A program made the position numbers and the translations under genes. 64,000 nucleotides of DNA, from NCBI GenBank assembly GCA_965112155.1, contig OZ218109.1; one strand, 5' to 3'. A model generated the notes under the pieces. That model did not search any database. It was not told where the DNA came from and was given only the letters and a program-made list of their open reading frames with translations. Shown piece after piece: positions 24,802 through 36,200 of this stretch. Origin of the DNA: Podarcis liolepis (lineage: Eukaryota). Within the stretch, counting starts at the first letter, position 1; every line of letters begins with the position of its first letter.

Positions 24802-25839
24802 CACCTGGAGTAATATTGTGTCCTCGTTTTGGGTGCCACATTTTAAGAAGGGCGTTGACAGGCTGGAAGGTGTGCAGAGGAGGGCGACCAAGATGGTCAA
24901 GGGTCTGGAAACCAAGCCTGATGAGGAACGGTTGAAGGAGCTGGGTAGGTTGAGCCTGGAAAAGAAGAGGATGAGGAGAGATAGGATTGTTGTTGTTTAG
25001 TCGTGTCCGACTCTTTGTGACCCCATGGACCAGAGCACGCCAGGCACTCCTGTCTTCCACTGCCTCCCGCAGTTTGGTCAGACTCATGCTGGTAGCTTCG
25101 AGAACACTAGCCAACCATCTCGCTCTCTGTCGTTCCCTTCTCCTTGTGCCCTCCATCTTTCCCAACATCAGGGTCTTTTCCAGGGAGTCTTCTCTTCTCA
25201 TGAGGTGGCCAAAGCATTGGAGCCTCAGCTTCACGATCTGTCCTTCCAGTGAGCACTCAGGGCTGATTTCCTTCAGAATGGAGAGGTTTGACCTTCTTGC
25301 AGTCCATGGGACTCTCAAGAGTCTCCTCCAGCACCATAATTCAAAAGCATCAGTTCTTTGGCGATCAGCCTTCTTTATGGTCCAGCTCTCACTTCCATAC
25401 ATCACTACTGGGAAAAGCATAGCTTTTACTATACGGACCTTTGTTGGCAAGGTGATGTCTCTGATTTTTAAGATGCTGTCTAGGTTTGTCATTGCTTTTC
25501 TCCCAAGAAGAGAGATATGATAGCCATCTTCAAATATCTTAAGGGCATAGAAGAGGGAGCATGCTTGTTTTCTCTTGCTCTGGAAGGTAGGACTTGAACC
25601 CATGGCTTCAAGTTACAAGGAAGGAGATTCCGGCCTAAACATCAGGAAGAACTTTCTGATGGTAAGAGCCAGTTGACAGTTGCACGGTCTCCGTCAGAAG
25701 ATGGGGAACTTCTTCCTTCCTTGGAGGTTTTGAAGCAGAGGTTGGATGGTCTTCCATCAGGGATGCTTTAGTTGTTCCAGAATTGCAGAGGGGTAGACGG
25801 CCCTTGTGGTCCCTTCGAAATCTACAGTTATTCGATTAT
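24802..25839 (+). mobile_element. CR1 LINE 3' fragment, interrupted by BovB
   Basis: Encodes [28 protein letters not shown]...ERLKELG (CR1 RT C-terminus), resumes after 25510 (DMIAIFKYLKG), ends with a CR1 tail. Confidence 0.88.
24987..25509 (-). mobile_element. 5'-truncated BovB (RTE) LINE nested in CR1
   Basis: ORF LGRKAMTNLDSILKIRDITLPTKVRIVKAMLFPVVMYGSESWTIKKA...[16 protein letters not shown]; (CAA)n tail; TSD GAGAGATAGGA/GAGAGATATGA (24976-24986 / 25510-25520). Confidence 0.92.
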
Positions 25840-26774
25840 AAAGTACAACAATTCCGCATTCCGTTGTTTTATGTTGGGAAATGTTTTTTTTAACTACATA
25901 TTTATGGATAGAACTGTTTTATTTGCTTTACAGGTACATATTTTATTGCTTGTAGCCGACCTTGGAACTTTGCAGTGAAGGGGGACTAATGAGCCTAATA
26001 AAATTCAAACTGTTTCATATGTAAACGCAGTTCCAACTCCCATACAGATACATGCTGGGATAAATAGGGCTGCTTTGCGGGAGGCTGTTTTGAGGTGGGA
26101 GGGGGGCTTTATTCCATCAAAATCCCATTTTTCTTTTAAAAGAATAAAATAAAAATTATAGAATTTTCCCCTCAGCTGCCATGTCTGTTTGTGACATCAC
26201 TGACAGTCCTTACATAGCCAGGGATGGGAAAACATCTGCCCAACCCTACTAGGCCTCACATTTTTTTTGGGGGGGGGCACTTGTTAATAAAGAAATGATT
26301 ACTGAGGAGTCCCCTCACAGCCTTCCCCTGCATTTGCTAAATAACTACATCCCTTATTTGTGCTGTTGGGATAAATTTATATAACATTCCAATGAACTTA
26401 CAGAAGAATATATCTGATATACAGAATATCAACAATCCAGCACAGATAATTATACCCATGGTGTTTTGTTTTTCCAGAATCTGCTAAAACAGAAGGGAGA
26501 GGTCAGCCGTTACCAGCAAGTAAGGAAATATTCATTCGAGAAGCTTCTCCCGAAATGGAAGGCACACAAGACTCTGTAATTCTCTTCTTTGGGAGGTGGC
26601 TGTCGTGTGGGTGGCCTTAGGAAGCTGAATGCGAAGAAGGCAGGTACCAGCCCTTTGGATTGCAGCAAGGACAACCTAGGAGCATCTCTCACCTGCTGTG
26701 CTTGTACCTCCTCACTCTCCCAATCGCTACCTCTGCACCAAGCCAAGAACAAAGACCAACATCTCTTCCTTTGA

Positions 26775-26866
26775 GCCCCATGTTGGGCAAAAGATTCCTG
26801 CAGGGGGTTGGACTCTAAGACCCTCGTGGTCCTTTCTAACTCTACAGTTCTATGATTCTGTGATCT
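26775..26866 (+). mobile_element. CR1-tail fragment
   Basis: GCAGGGGGTTGGACT...GGTCCTTTCTAACTCTACAGTTCTATGATTCT; similar stubs near 49825-49890 and 60700-60752. Confidence 0.65.
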
Positions 26867-27144
26867 AAGGGCATTGCTTTCAAGTGAACACATCATTCTG
26901 AGTGCCTGAAACACATTTAAAAGGCATTCAAAGGTTTTTATAAAAATAATCTTTATAAATAATAATAATAATTTATTAGTTTTCCAATTGAAATTGTCAT
27001 ATGATCTCAACAATCAAGCAGAAACCACCTAAAATGGCATGAGATATAAAGTCTTCCTGTTCCTGAGAGATTTGAAGCTGTTAAAAGGGACCAAATGGGG
27101 AAATCCTTTCAATTCCTAAGAGGCAGTGAGTTGAGGGAGGCCAG

Positions 27145-27481
27145 GGCCACATCCACACCATTTGTTTAAAGTGCTGTGAAGCACTTTAAACACTCATGGC
27201 TTCTTACCCCAAAGAATTCTGGGAGCTATAGTTTGAAAAGGGCACCCAGACTTGTTAGGAGACCCCTCTGTTCCCCTCCCAGAGCTACAACTTCCTGAGT
27301 GGTTTAACCACCCATCCTTCTTTCCAGGGAATTCTGGGAATTGTAGCTCTGGGAGGGGAACAGGAGGGTCTCCTAACAACTCTCAGTCTCCTTAACCACC
27401 TACAGTTCCCAGAATCCATGGGGGGAAGCCATGCCTGTTTAAAGCATCACAGCACTTCCAATGAACGGTGCAAATGTGGCC
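27145..27481. mobile_element. Palindromic MITE with GGCCACAT...ATGTGGCC ends (Harbinger-like)
   Basis: Nested inverted arms (TTTAAA, CATGGCTTC/GAAGCCATG, TTCTGGGA/TCCCAGAA, GTTAGGAGACCC/GGGTCTCCTAAC). Confidence 0.7.
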
Positions 27482-29566
27482 TAATGTTTCCTCCCCTCAT
27501 TTTTGTCAAACTGCTTGTCTTGCTCCTGCATTATGGTATATAAGCTTCCATGAACCACAGCTCGTTTCATCAGATTGATGATGTGATCTCCTGAAACTCA
27601 CAGCCACAGTGGGGTATGCAGAGGAGAAGAACAGACTCCATCACTTGCAATCCAGCAGGTGTCCGCCTGCAGTCTCCCTTCAAAGCTCCTTCCCTCAGTT
27701 ATGGCCACGGCCTTGTCCATTGCTCACTGTCAGTATTTCACATTCATTTCTCCGATGCAAATAGGGACATCCTGCGGTTCTCTTCATGACTTTCATGGCT
27801 GGTCTTGTGGAAAAGCTTGCCGACTCTGGACATCCCTGAAAGGCAAAGGCAAACAAATGAGTGGGATGGCCACCATCTGACAGCGTCCACCCAGACACCT
27901 CCACTGGTTTCTGCCTGCCTAGGGCATCCACTGACATCATTTAAATGCAAATGCAAACTCCACCAGCTTCCGCCTAGGGACATTCACCCGCTGCCGTTAG
28001 GCAGCTTCCTTCCTCTGTTTGGATGCCTGTTACCTAACAAGGCTTCCAAACCAGTTTGCATCCATTTCAGCCAGCGTAGCCTTGCAACATCCACTAGCCT
28101 GAATGCAAACTCTTCCGGCAACCATCCACCACCTGCAGCCTCACCAGGTCCATTGCTAGACGACTGCCTGCTTCAGAGCTGAATATCAGCTGCCTTCAAG
28201 TAGAAATCCCACTAGCAAGTAAACTTTGAACTTGCCTTCTCCTTGCTCCACAGCATTTCAGCGCTGGGTGATTGCCTCCTTCCGCCTGCCAGCTTGCTGC
28301 CATGGGGCAGGAGACCACTAGAGCTGAGTGCCACCGCTGCTGCCTATTTCTCTCTGGGGAGGGCAGCTGCCTTGGCTTTTTCATTGGCCAACATTTATAC
28401 CCACTCAATTGCCTTTTGTGTGTGTGTGACATCACAGTCAATAATGGTAGCAGCTGGGGAAGCATCACCATCACCCCCTCAGCCCTCACAATGGTGGGTG
28501 TAGCTCAACAACAATTGGCTTCTTGGTCTATTATCAAGGAGATATATAGCCAAAATCAGGTGGAGAAGGAAGAGCAACTGAAGAGGGAACACCATTCACA
28601 GTACACGGGACAGGAAGCCATGGTCTTGGGAGCAGCTGGGCTGGCGCCACCCCTGACCTCTAATATTAGTGCCACTCTCAAGTCTCCGAGGTGTTCCTTC
28701 CACCAGCCTTGTTTTTAGATGTGCAAGGTTTCTCTGGTCGCTGAGGACAGCCAAGTCCAGTTCATCCACATCCTGCAGAAATGCACTTGTGTCCAGCTTT
28801 CCATGCGAGACCTTTAAATTACTTGAGACTCCAGAAGCCGCTTCAGTTTCTTCCCAGTAACATGGACCTTCTCGTGAGCTTCAACATAATCTCCTCCACC
28901 AGATTTGATGAGCAAGTGAGTGGAAATCTCCTACAGTGTTGGCTTGTGGCTACCATTCCAGAAGCTCTTTCTCCAGTTGCATTAATTCTCTTTGGCTCCT
29001 GAATTGCGTGAGGACCAGCATTTCTTTATCCCAGCTTTTTTCTCCAAGGAGCTTGAGCTGGTATACTTTGCAGCAAAAACAATGAACACAGCTATCTTGC
29101 CTACCTGAGAAGAGACTAAAGGAGCACGCTTCTGGATGTTGTTGCTTATGGTAAAGTTTAAGAATGTATGAATAGCAGTTTGCAGACAGTGATCCAGGGG
29201 ATCCTGGGAGACATCACACATTGCCTGAGAGATTAGGATAGTACATGCAATTGAAAGGCACTTTGTTTTCTGGATCTGCCACCTCTACGGTGGCTTGTTG
29301 GTGAATTGGAGGCACTGCTGGTGTCCTCTCACCCTTGTTCCTGATGCAGAACTTCACTCATCTCTTCTTCCCTGACAGAGGAAGTGCCATTTTGTGGTTT
29401 GCCTCAGATGCCAAAGTGTCTTGAGCTGACCCTGCCAGCAGCCATAAGGCCGAACCAGTCTGGCAAGTGCTCTGTGTTAGCAGTATGTGTACTCTGTATA
29501 ACATTTAAGAATTGTAGAGCCTTTTTGGCAGAAGAAGCAGGTTCAAATGCTTTGAATAAATAAAAC

Positions 29567-29711
29567 CAGTGCTTTTTTCCTGGGGGAATGCAGGGGTACG
29601 CATACCCCTAAACATGTTTTGAATCTTAGTTTGGCCTCATTGAAGGGCAGTATTTCAATATGAGTTGGAAAATAAGAGTACCCCTAAACATTTTTAATGA
29701 AAAAAGCACTG
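29567..29711. mobile_element. hAT MITE
   Basis: TIR CAGTGCTTTTTT/AAAAAAGCACTG; 8-bp TSD AATAAAAC/AATAAAAT (one mismatch). Confidence 0.8.
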
Positions 29712-30220
29712 AATAAAATAACCCTCTGCAGCACAAAGGGGTTCCAAGGCAGATGCTCTGTGACTTCTCTTTAGGAAGGTCAATCTGCAAAGTTCTTTAA
29801 ATTCCTTCATCAGACTGAATGGGGATGAGGGGAAAGCTGGCATAGTGTGAAAGTCACAAAGTCTGCAGTTGTAATAGTTTAAAGCAGAGTCCTGGAGGAG
29901 ACTTGCAAGCTAATGAATTATTTATTATTCATTGAATTTATATAACGCCCTATACCGGGAGGTCTCAGGGCAGTTCACAGAATAAAATAAAAATATAAAA
30001 CCACAAAATACCTAATCAAAATAAAAAACACCAACCCGATAACCACCCAGGTTATTGTCAGGCTGCAACCCTAATCCTAGTTACTTGGGAATAAGCTCCA
30101 TAGAATTCAATGTGGCTTACTTCTGAGGAGCCATGGTCAGCAAATAGCCATGGCACATGCCCTGATCGGGGGGAAATAGGGAAGTTATCCCTACAAATCA
30201 CCAGCACAAAACATTTGTAA

Positions 30221-30233
30221 TTTATTCTTTATT
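30221..30233 (-). terminator. Tandem AATAAA, candidate distal ACVR2B poly(A) signal
   Basis: TTTATTCTTTATT on + strand; GU-rich tract (tgttttgtgctggtg) just downstream on the minus strand. Confidence 0.6.
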
Positions 30234-33200
30234 TTAATATACAAAAAAAGATAAATTTGAAATAGTTCTTTCTAGGTTTTTTTCATCCTATTTGTTGGAG
30301 CGGAGCTGCTTCACACAGGGCAAAAATACTACATTCATACTGGTTTATTCGGGCACCCTGAACTTAACTGAAGCAGCAATACCCAAACTTGGCAGATCTA
30401 ATTTCAAACATGAGACTCGTTTCTAAAATACCACAGTAAAAAGGAACAAAGATCCATTGCAAATTTATGAATTATGATACAATGTTTCAAAACATTTCCA
30501 TTTCATAACTGCATACAGCGGATGTCTTCTTTAGGCCATCTTACATATGTATATCTATATTTATTTATATATATAATATATATAAAAAATCAGCACAATC
30601 CAAAAGGGGTTACAGCAATGAGCTCAACTCTCTGTATACTTTTTTGTGTGTGGATACTTTAATATAAATTTTGTTAAGTCAGTAGTACAAGCTATCTCTG
30701 GTCTACTTTTTTTTAATTTTAAGCTACAAGAGTGAAATAACCTACAACATTTACGTTTCACGTATCTTGGTATACAAACAGTACATTGGAATTTGAGCCA
30801 GGACCAATAGTCATTTCAATTATTTCACCATCTGGTAGAGCTTTCTGCATTTATCAATTTCCTAAACTAGTTACTTAATTCTCATTTCTGAAGTTTGCCA
30901 AGAATTCAAATTGGAAATCTTGTGGGAACAGGTTACTGCAAACTCCTCTGTAGGCCTTCTATGTACAAGTTAAGTAACACAGCTTAATAAGACATAACTA
31001 TTCATCATAAAACTGATACACACATCTCACTATGCTAGACTAGTTTTAGGACTTTATTTCCTTGAATAAAGCATACCATTTAGAAGTAGTTGGTAAAAGG
31101 AACAATGGTTTTAAAAAAAGACAAAGAGTGTACTTCATTTTTTTGTGCCCCCTCCCTTCCGAATTTTGTTCTATCCTGTGACATTTACTATAAGCATCTA
31201 ATGGTATAAACAATGCAGAAAGCTCTTTCCACAAGAACTGACAAACTGTACTTAAGTCAACTTTACAGTAGGAAATTCACCAAACTTAAGGACAAAATGT
31301 GACAAGTATTCACAGGTGAAAGACTGTAGGCTTCAGTTCTGATATTCAAATGGTGGTAGATTGGCAAGAGGAATGCCCTGGCTTTGTGCAAATGTAGGGG
31401 CATAGAACTGGAGACCGAGAAGCATGTTTTAAAACCACCTTTTTGCAGTATCAGCAAGTATCACTATATGACAAAACTTTTAACTTCATAGGAAGTTTTG
31501 GAGGGGACAGGTAGTTGAGTCTCCCCTCCCCCTGTAACCACTAAAAGCTTCACAAATGTTTGACACTGATAATTTCGCGTTGGCGGAGGCAAAAAAAAAA
31601 TTATCTCCAACCTGCCGCGAATTTCATTTTTGATAGGAAGGTCTCTCTTATATTGGTAAAACAGCATGTGTCTCAATGACCAGGAATAAAAATTGTAAGA
31701 CTGAACAGATTATTATTATTTTAAAAACCCTAAACCATTTCCCCTCCCCCCCCCCACCGCTCCCAAAAAACCAAGATCAGTGAAAATAATGCTATAGATT
31801 TCCATTCCAGAGAAAATTGTAGTGCTGTTATTTGGAGAAGATCAGTCTTTACTAAAGGGCTCCATATGGATCGCCCCATGCTCTGTCCAAGTTGTACCCC
31901 TTTGGAACTTCATGTGCAGGGTCATGATAACCGGTGGCACCTATCCGCCATGCCAGATGTTCCAAGTAACTTTGACCAGATAACCAGGAAATATCTCCCA
32001 ATAAAACACTGAACACAGTAGAAATCAAGGAAAGGAAGCACTTGTTCATAACGCCCTCTTGCTGTACATACATCCAACACAATTAGAGCTTGACACACAC
32101 AAAAAAAGCCCTTTTGGTTTAACTGGGAGTGGGGAAAGGAACCACAAGCTTCAAAAATGAAATGTAAGCTGCAATCCGTAGGGATACATTTTTTCCTTTC
32201 TGCATATAAATTATATAAAATATATAACTTATATAACACTTGTATGTAGCATGGTTCCTTGTCTGCATATGTTACAATCTTGCAGTACAAAGAAGATTCC
32301 AGAAAGCAACACTGTTATAATGTGAAGTTTGAGGTAACTGGTTCTTGAAATACCTGGATCACAGATTGCATCCAGAAACAACAATTGGATAATGAAAAGC
32401 AGTTTCTCTTCCCCCCTCCCTGTAACATCCTGATGGCGGGGGGAGGAATTAAAAAAGAACTTACAGCAGTTGCTTTGCATGAAAATAAATGAAGGCACAA
32501 AGAAAGAGCTTTAGACTTCGGAAATGAAGAGCTAAAAATAATGTTTCCACAGTTGTGTCCTAATATAAAAGGAAGAACTCTGTCCAAAATCAGTTTTTTT
32601 AATTAAAAAGGGGAGGGGGAGTGTAAGAAACAGAACATACTGACCAAGTTTTTAGACAATGAATTGGAAACTTTTTATGTGTGTAAATGACAGATCAATG
32701 GATCCTAAATTTGACTACCAAGTGAAGGGCCTATTCATTGTTAAAGTCTGGCAGCAGCCTGAGCACCCAGAAGTACGTAGAAGGAGGCTTCTGAAAACAC
32801 ATTCACAATTTGCATTTTAGAACATGACACTGTGGTTTAAGCACTTTGCTGAGCTGCAATAGGAAGTTCAGCACCAAGAAGACTGACTGCAAGGGGTAAG
32901 CTGTCAGTCATAAAAATGGCACATGAAACTCATATTTCATCATGGTAATAGGCGACAGGAAAACCTTGTGTCGCCCCCTCCCTGCTGCTTTCCAAGTCAG
33001 CCAACAATCTTGTCGAGTTACAGCTCGGCATCCAAAGAAAAATCAGTCTCACACCATGATAGGTTCAATATGCCCCAGTTCAAGTTGTTCCACAATTAAC
33101 TGGGCTGCCACTGCAAGCTTCTGTCTAGGCAAAGGCCACTGATCCACCCATACTCGACACAATCTGATGGAAAAGGATCATGTGAATGACCTTTCTGTGT

Positions 33201-36200
33201 GTGGGCTCTTTGCTAGCCAGATACTAGATTAGCTTCCAAGCTGCTCTGGGCCCTCAAAGTAACCGAAGATTTTGAGCAAGGATATCACTTTCACCCTGAA
33301 ATTCCAAGCTTAAATAGAAGATGCTTGATTCAACAACTTCAGGTATCCAGAGTCATGAAACCAGCATCCTTGGAGTGAAAAACTGAGGGATATTCTATCT
33401 CAGCCATGTTGTCTAAGTAATCAATCTTTTGATGAAGAATTTAGAAGCACCTGGTGTGCACACACACTCTCTCTCCCCTCAACAATTCCTCCCTTCTCTT
33501 TTTAGGGTTAACCGCTGTGTGTAGCATGTCAATTAAGGCTGGCCAAGGTTAGCTTTAAACTGGGTTTGCCAATAATCTTTAAACCTCAGTTGCAAATTCT
33601 GTTTTCAAGCTAACCATTGTTAGCGTTAACAAAACACTATACTATACTGAAAAGGGAAGGAACAATGGAATTTGTGGAGGAAATAAGTAGCGGGAGCACA
33701 TGTGCCTGTAGGGTGCCCTTGATCTCATACCCATGGTTACTAGTTTGTGAAGTGTTGACTTTGCATTGGGATGCTGAGGAAGCAAAAGGCATTTTAGCTC
33801 TTTTGAAACTCTTGTTAGTTAACCACCTCTTTACTATGGGAAACTTGGCAATGCCCCATTACTACTGTCAAAAAATGAAACAGAAAGCTCCTTTACATTG
33901 CCCATTGCTTTAGGTACGGAAAGCAAAAGGCTAACTTTTATACCCCGGAGAAATTTGATTTGCAAATATTAATCAGTGCATTTCAGCAAGATGGGAAGAA
34001 CTACCAAGAGCCCATTGCCAAAGAAATGCTGACAGAACATCTCTTTACAGATCATATTGTCAATGCGGTACATATAGTCACTATAAACAGAACTGCTGGC
34101 ATGTTATGGAGCAGAAATCTGATTTACTGTGGTTTTCATAAATGCTTAATAGATAAGGCCACACAAATTATCACAAAATGCATCAAAATGTGTGTTTTCC
34201 ATAAGGAATTTGTATGAAGGCTACAGAAATATTTTTGTTGTTGTAGTGGTGGTAGAATCTTAAGGAGGCCATGAAAAAAAACAGTCAAAAGTGTGGGGTT
34301 TTGTTTGTTTTCACAAAAGGGATTATATACAAGAGGAATACATAGTGAAGTCTACAAAGTAAGTTGGCAATTCATGAATTCAGGCCACCTTTTCTCTAGC
34401 TAGTTTTAAATCTGGCTTCTTTTTTGCTGTGGCTGCACAGGATTCCTGTTTTCCATTTTCCTTGCAGAAACATTTGGCAATACTCGCTGTTAGTCATACT
34501 CAAGAGCACACTACTGAAACAGACTTAAGTCCATTAATTTCATTGAGTCTACACTGATTAATGTTGAATGTCATCCATTATGTTTTACAAAATAATTTGT
34601 GGTACGAAATATTTTTTTCAGACACAGTGTAGTTTTCATTCTTCAGGTGTGTATGTGTGTATTCAAAGGTCACTTCCCCTCTATACAGTATAAACATTTA
34701 AAAATAGCATATTAAGATAATCAAGAAGCAAAACTCATAGTGCTGTACGTTTGTTTCTTAACTCTAAAAACATTAGTAGGACAATACTGCAACAGCATTA
34801 TGATCGTGCTTTTATATTGCATGAACACCCTTTAGAAAATTTGGATTTCTCACCTTTATTAAAAGCCCACAGCACCTACTGTAGCATATTACAATTGCTA
34901 CCACAGGCAGAAAAATCAACAAGTGTTCTGCTATTCTAAACCAGAAAGAAGTACTGTACTTGTTTTGCTTTATAGCTGCCACTTTTGAAAAAAGACATCA
35001 CTTTCATATTAACAAATTTCAAAAGGGAACAAAGAAAACACTGTTTTAATATTCTTAAATAAGCATAAACAAGTACTTATCAAGGAGTGACATTTAGAAG
35101 CCCAGCATAATAGCCATGTTTTAAAATATAAGCACAGTTATGATTACTTTAATGCACTGTGGGCTGACAATACAGTGCTAATGCTGCAAAGATCTAGATT
35201 AGGGGTGAAAACAATCTTGCACAGGAGATTTTGATATTGGTTACTGAAGAATGAAGGCTGCACCATAATTAATTTAACCCCTGTAGGATTTCTCTCTGTG
35301 TGAAGTGGGAAGATTTAGGAAGCTGAATAAGATCCAGTCTGCAATCCTATTCCCACTTACCAGGGAGTAAGCCCCAATGAACTCAAATGAACTTATTTCT
35401 TAGTAACAATTGCACTGCAAGAATAGTCAATATTTCAGGAACCAAGTAGTTTAGGATGTCCAAAAAGGGTTGATTTAATGTTGGCAGCAGGTTTGGACTT
35501 AAAATCGTATTGGGGAAGAATTTACTCTCATGTACCAGTGGTGAACTACTTTATTGCTATACCAAGAAGCAGCTTTAAATCAGGTGTACTGAACCAGCTG
35601 AGGGACAGGAAGACTTAAAAGATACTACTGGGGATTCTGTGAACTCTTTCATAGCAAAAGAAAGCTTTGATCAAACCAACTGAGAAAGCTGCGTCATATT
35701 GATGCTAAAATATTTAGTATCAGTTCATTAAACACATCTATCAGACACAAACGATGTCATATTGCCAGCGAGGTAGCTGATGTGCTAGGAACGAAGGACA
35801 CAAGACAGGATGTTTGCGAGCAACAGGCATGTTTATAGCTGACCACCAAGTTTTGCTTAACCAGCCAGTGACAAAATGATCTGTAAGGAGCTTCAAGCAG
35901 AGAGATGCCATCAACAGGTATGAAACAGTTAATTTTGGTAAAAAAAATAATATATTTGTGCGTCCTGCAGTAAAACAAGTTTAATGCAACTGAGAGTGGG
36001 AGGTGTGGACATCCTTCTCCCTTCTCATAAAGGGAAGGTTGAAGTTGTGGTCTAGTAGGCTATAAAACTCATATGGCACTTTCAATAAATACTTTAAAGC
36101 TTCTTAAAGAAACCAGAAGGTTATGTGTTTGCTTCTAAAGAAGAGAAAAGCAACTGCTGTAAACCAAGCCTGTTTTAGCCATCACATAAATAACGCTGCG

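Noticed and set aside
24767-25603. 278-aa ORF upstream of EXOG
   Set aside because: Chimeric reading through a BovB fragment and antisense CR1 flanks.
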